A stretch of DNA of 25,783 bases from Candidatus Heimdallarchaeota archaeon (GTDB taxonomy: Archaea; Asgardarchaeota; Heimdallarchaeia; Heimdallarchaeales; Heimdallarchaeaceae), in contig JAAFKJ010000130.1 of NCBI GenBank assembly GCA_021399395.1, positions 1-25,783 of the forward strand, in the 5' to 3' direction. The notes under the pieces were generated by a model that did no database searches, was not told the DNA's origin, and saw nothing but the letters and a program-made list of their open reading frames with translations. Below, piece by piece: positions 25,134 to 25,783 of the stretch (positions within the stretch are counted from its first letter, which is position 1; each line of letters starts with the position of its first letter). A program made the translations under genes and the position numbers.

Positions 25134-25783
25134 ATGTCTATACTAAAAACTAGAGTAAACATCTCTGAAGTTGAGGGATTTCTCAAGAAAAACTTTAGTA
25201 CAGGCATAAAAAATATAGAGATTCTAAAGGGTGGAGAGATATCTCAAGCATTTTCTTTTGATGATAACTCAGCTAGTTTTGTCATCAAGGTTCGAAAAGT
25301 CAGGAGAAGATTCAGAAAAGTTGACCCGTTCGCTAAGGAAACTGAAATTTCAAAGATTTTGAGAAAGAAAAACCCCCAAATTCCTATACCGAAAGTAGTA
25401 AGATACGGATTATTCAAAGGAGACAAAAGGAATAGATTCATTTATAGTATTGTTGAGAAAGCAAATGGCTCTTTTGTTCATCTTTTTCAGAAAGAAAAAG
25501 CAAATCTTGTTGATGAATCCTTGGTAGATACATTATATTTGATACATTCAATTGATGTATCGAAAACGAAAGGGTATGGTTTCTGGGAGAGATGGAACAA
25601 AGCCAAACTCAAATCAATGCAAGAACACATTTTAAAGGGATTAGATAGAGAAAAAATTTATACAAATGATAGATTTTCATCTGGAATATTCGAAAAAGAC
25701 TTGTATTTACAAGGTTCAACAAGAATTAAGGAATTGATCAATTTTTGCTCTTCCAAGCGTTATTTAGTTCACGCAGATTATGG
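25134..25783 (+). CDS. Aminoglycoside phosphotransferase family protein (hygromycin kinase-like), 3' partial
   Basis: Open frame from the ATG at 25134 to the window end: LKGGEISQAFSF, FVIKV, IPIPKV and YLVHADYG; absent from the ORF track because it has no stop. Confidence 0.85.
   Translation, partial: MSILKTRVNISEVEGFLKKNFSTGIKNIEILKGGEISQAFSFDDNSASFVIKVRKVRRRFRKVDPFAKETEISKILRKKNPQIPIPKVVRYGLFKGDKRNRFIYSIVEKANGSFVHLFQKEKANLVDESLVDTLYLIHSIDVSKTKGYGFWERWNKAKLKSMQEHILKGLDREKIYTNDRFSSGIFEKDLYLQGSTRIKELINFCSSKRYLVHADY

Noticed and set aside
114-25441. Short overlapping ORFs in the track (e.g. 114-323, 2414-2686, 6130-6312, 13230-13571, 21116-21340, 25244-25441)
   Set aside because: Mostly antisense shadows of well-supported genes, with no motifs or start signals.
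1-25783. Genome-wide UAA/UAG-to-Gln reassignment suggested by the UUA tRNA
   Set aside because: Alba, both SDRs, GlnRS and actin end in TAA or TAG at their expected C-termini, and no conserved gene here is split by an in-frame stop.

Overview
Low-GC, gene-dense archaeal chromosomal segment, almost certainly from an Asgard archaeon: it has a eukaryote-like Lokiactin-type actin, Alba, NucS, a RIO kinase, an archaeal prepilin peptidase, many small Zn-ribbon proteins, and TATA/SD signals. Five things stand out. (1) A glutaminyl-tRNA synthetase, an enzyme classically absent from archaea, that looks chimeric: an archaeal GluRS N-terminal helical domain fused to a complete bacterial-type GlnRS. It sits directly upstream of tRNA-Gln(UUG) and near tRNA-Gln(CUG). 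(2) A third, intact tRNA-Gln-like gene whose anticodon reads UUA (complementary to the UAA stop codon) in an abnormal loop. (3) A 26-codon leader ORF with a strong SD and attenuator-like features upstream of the RIO kinase. (4) The actin is apparently co-transcribed with an AT-hook-like coiled-coil protein, and their promoter is bracketed by two copies of a palindromic site. (5) A 49-bp near-copy of the actin phosphate-1 loop coding region lies 2.2 kb away, in antisense orientation in the 3' UTR of a transglutaminase-like gene. No CRISPR array, integrase or transposase was seen. All family calls come from motif recognition by eye, not from database searches.
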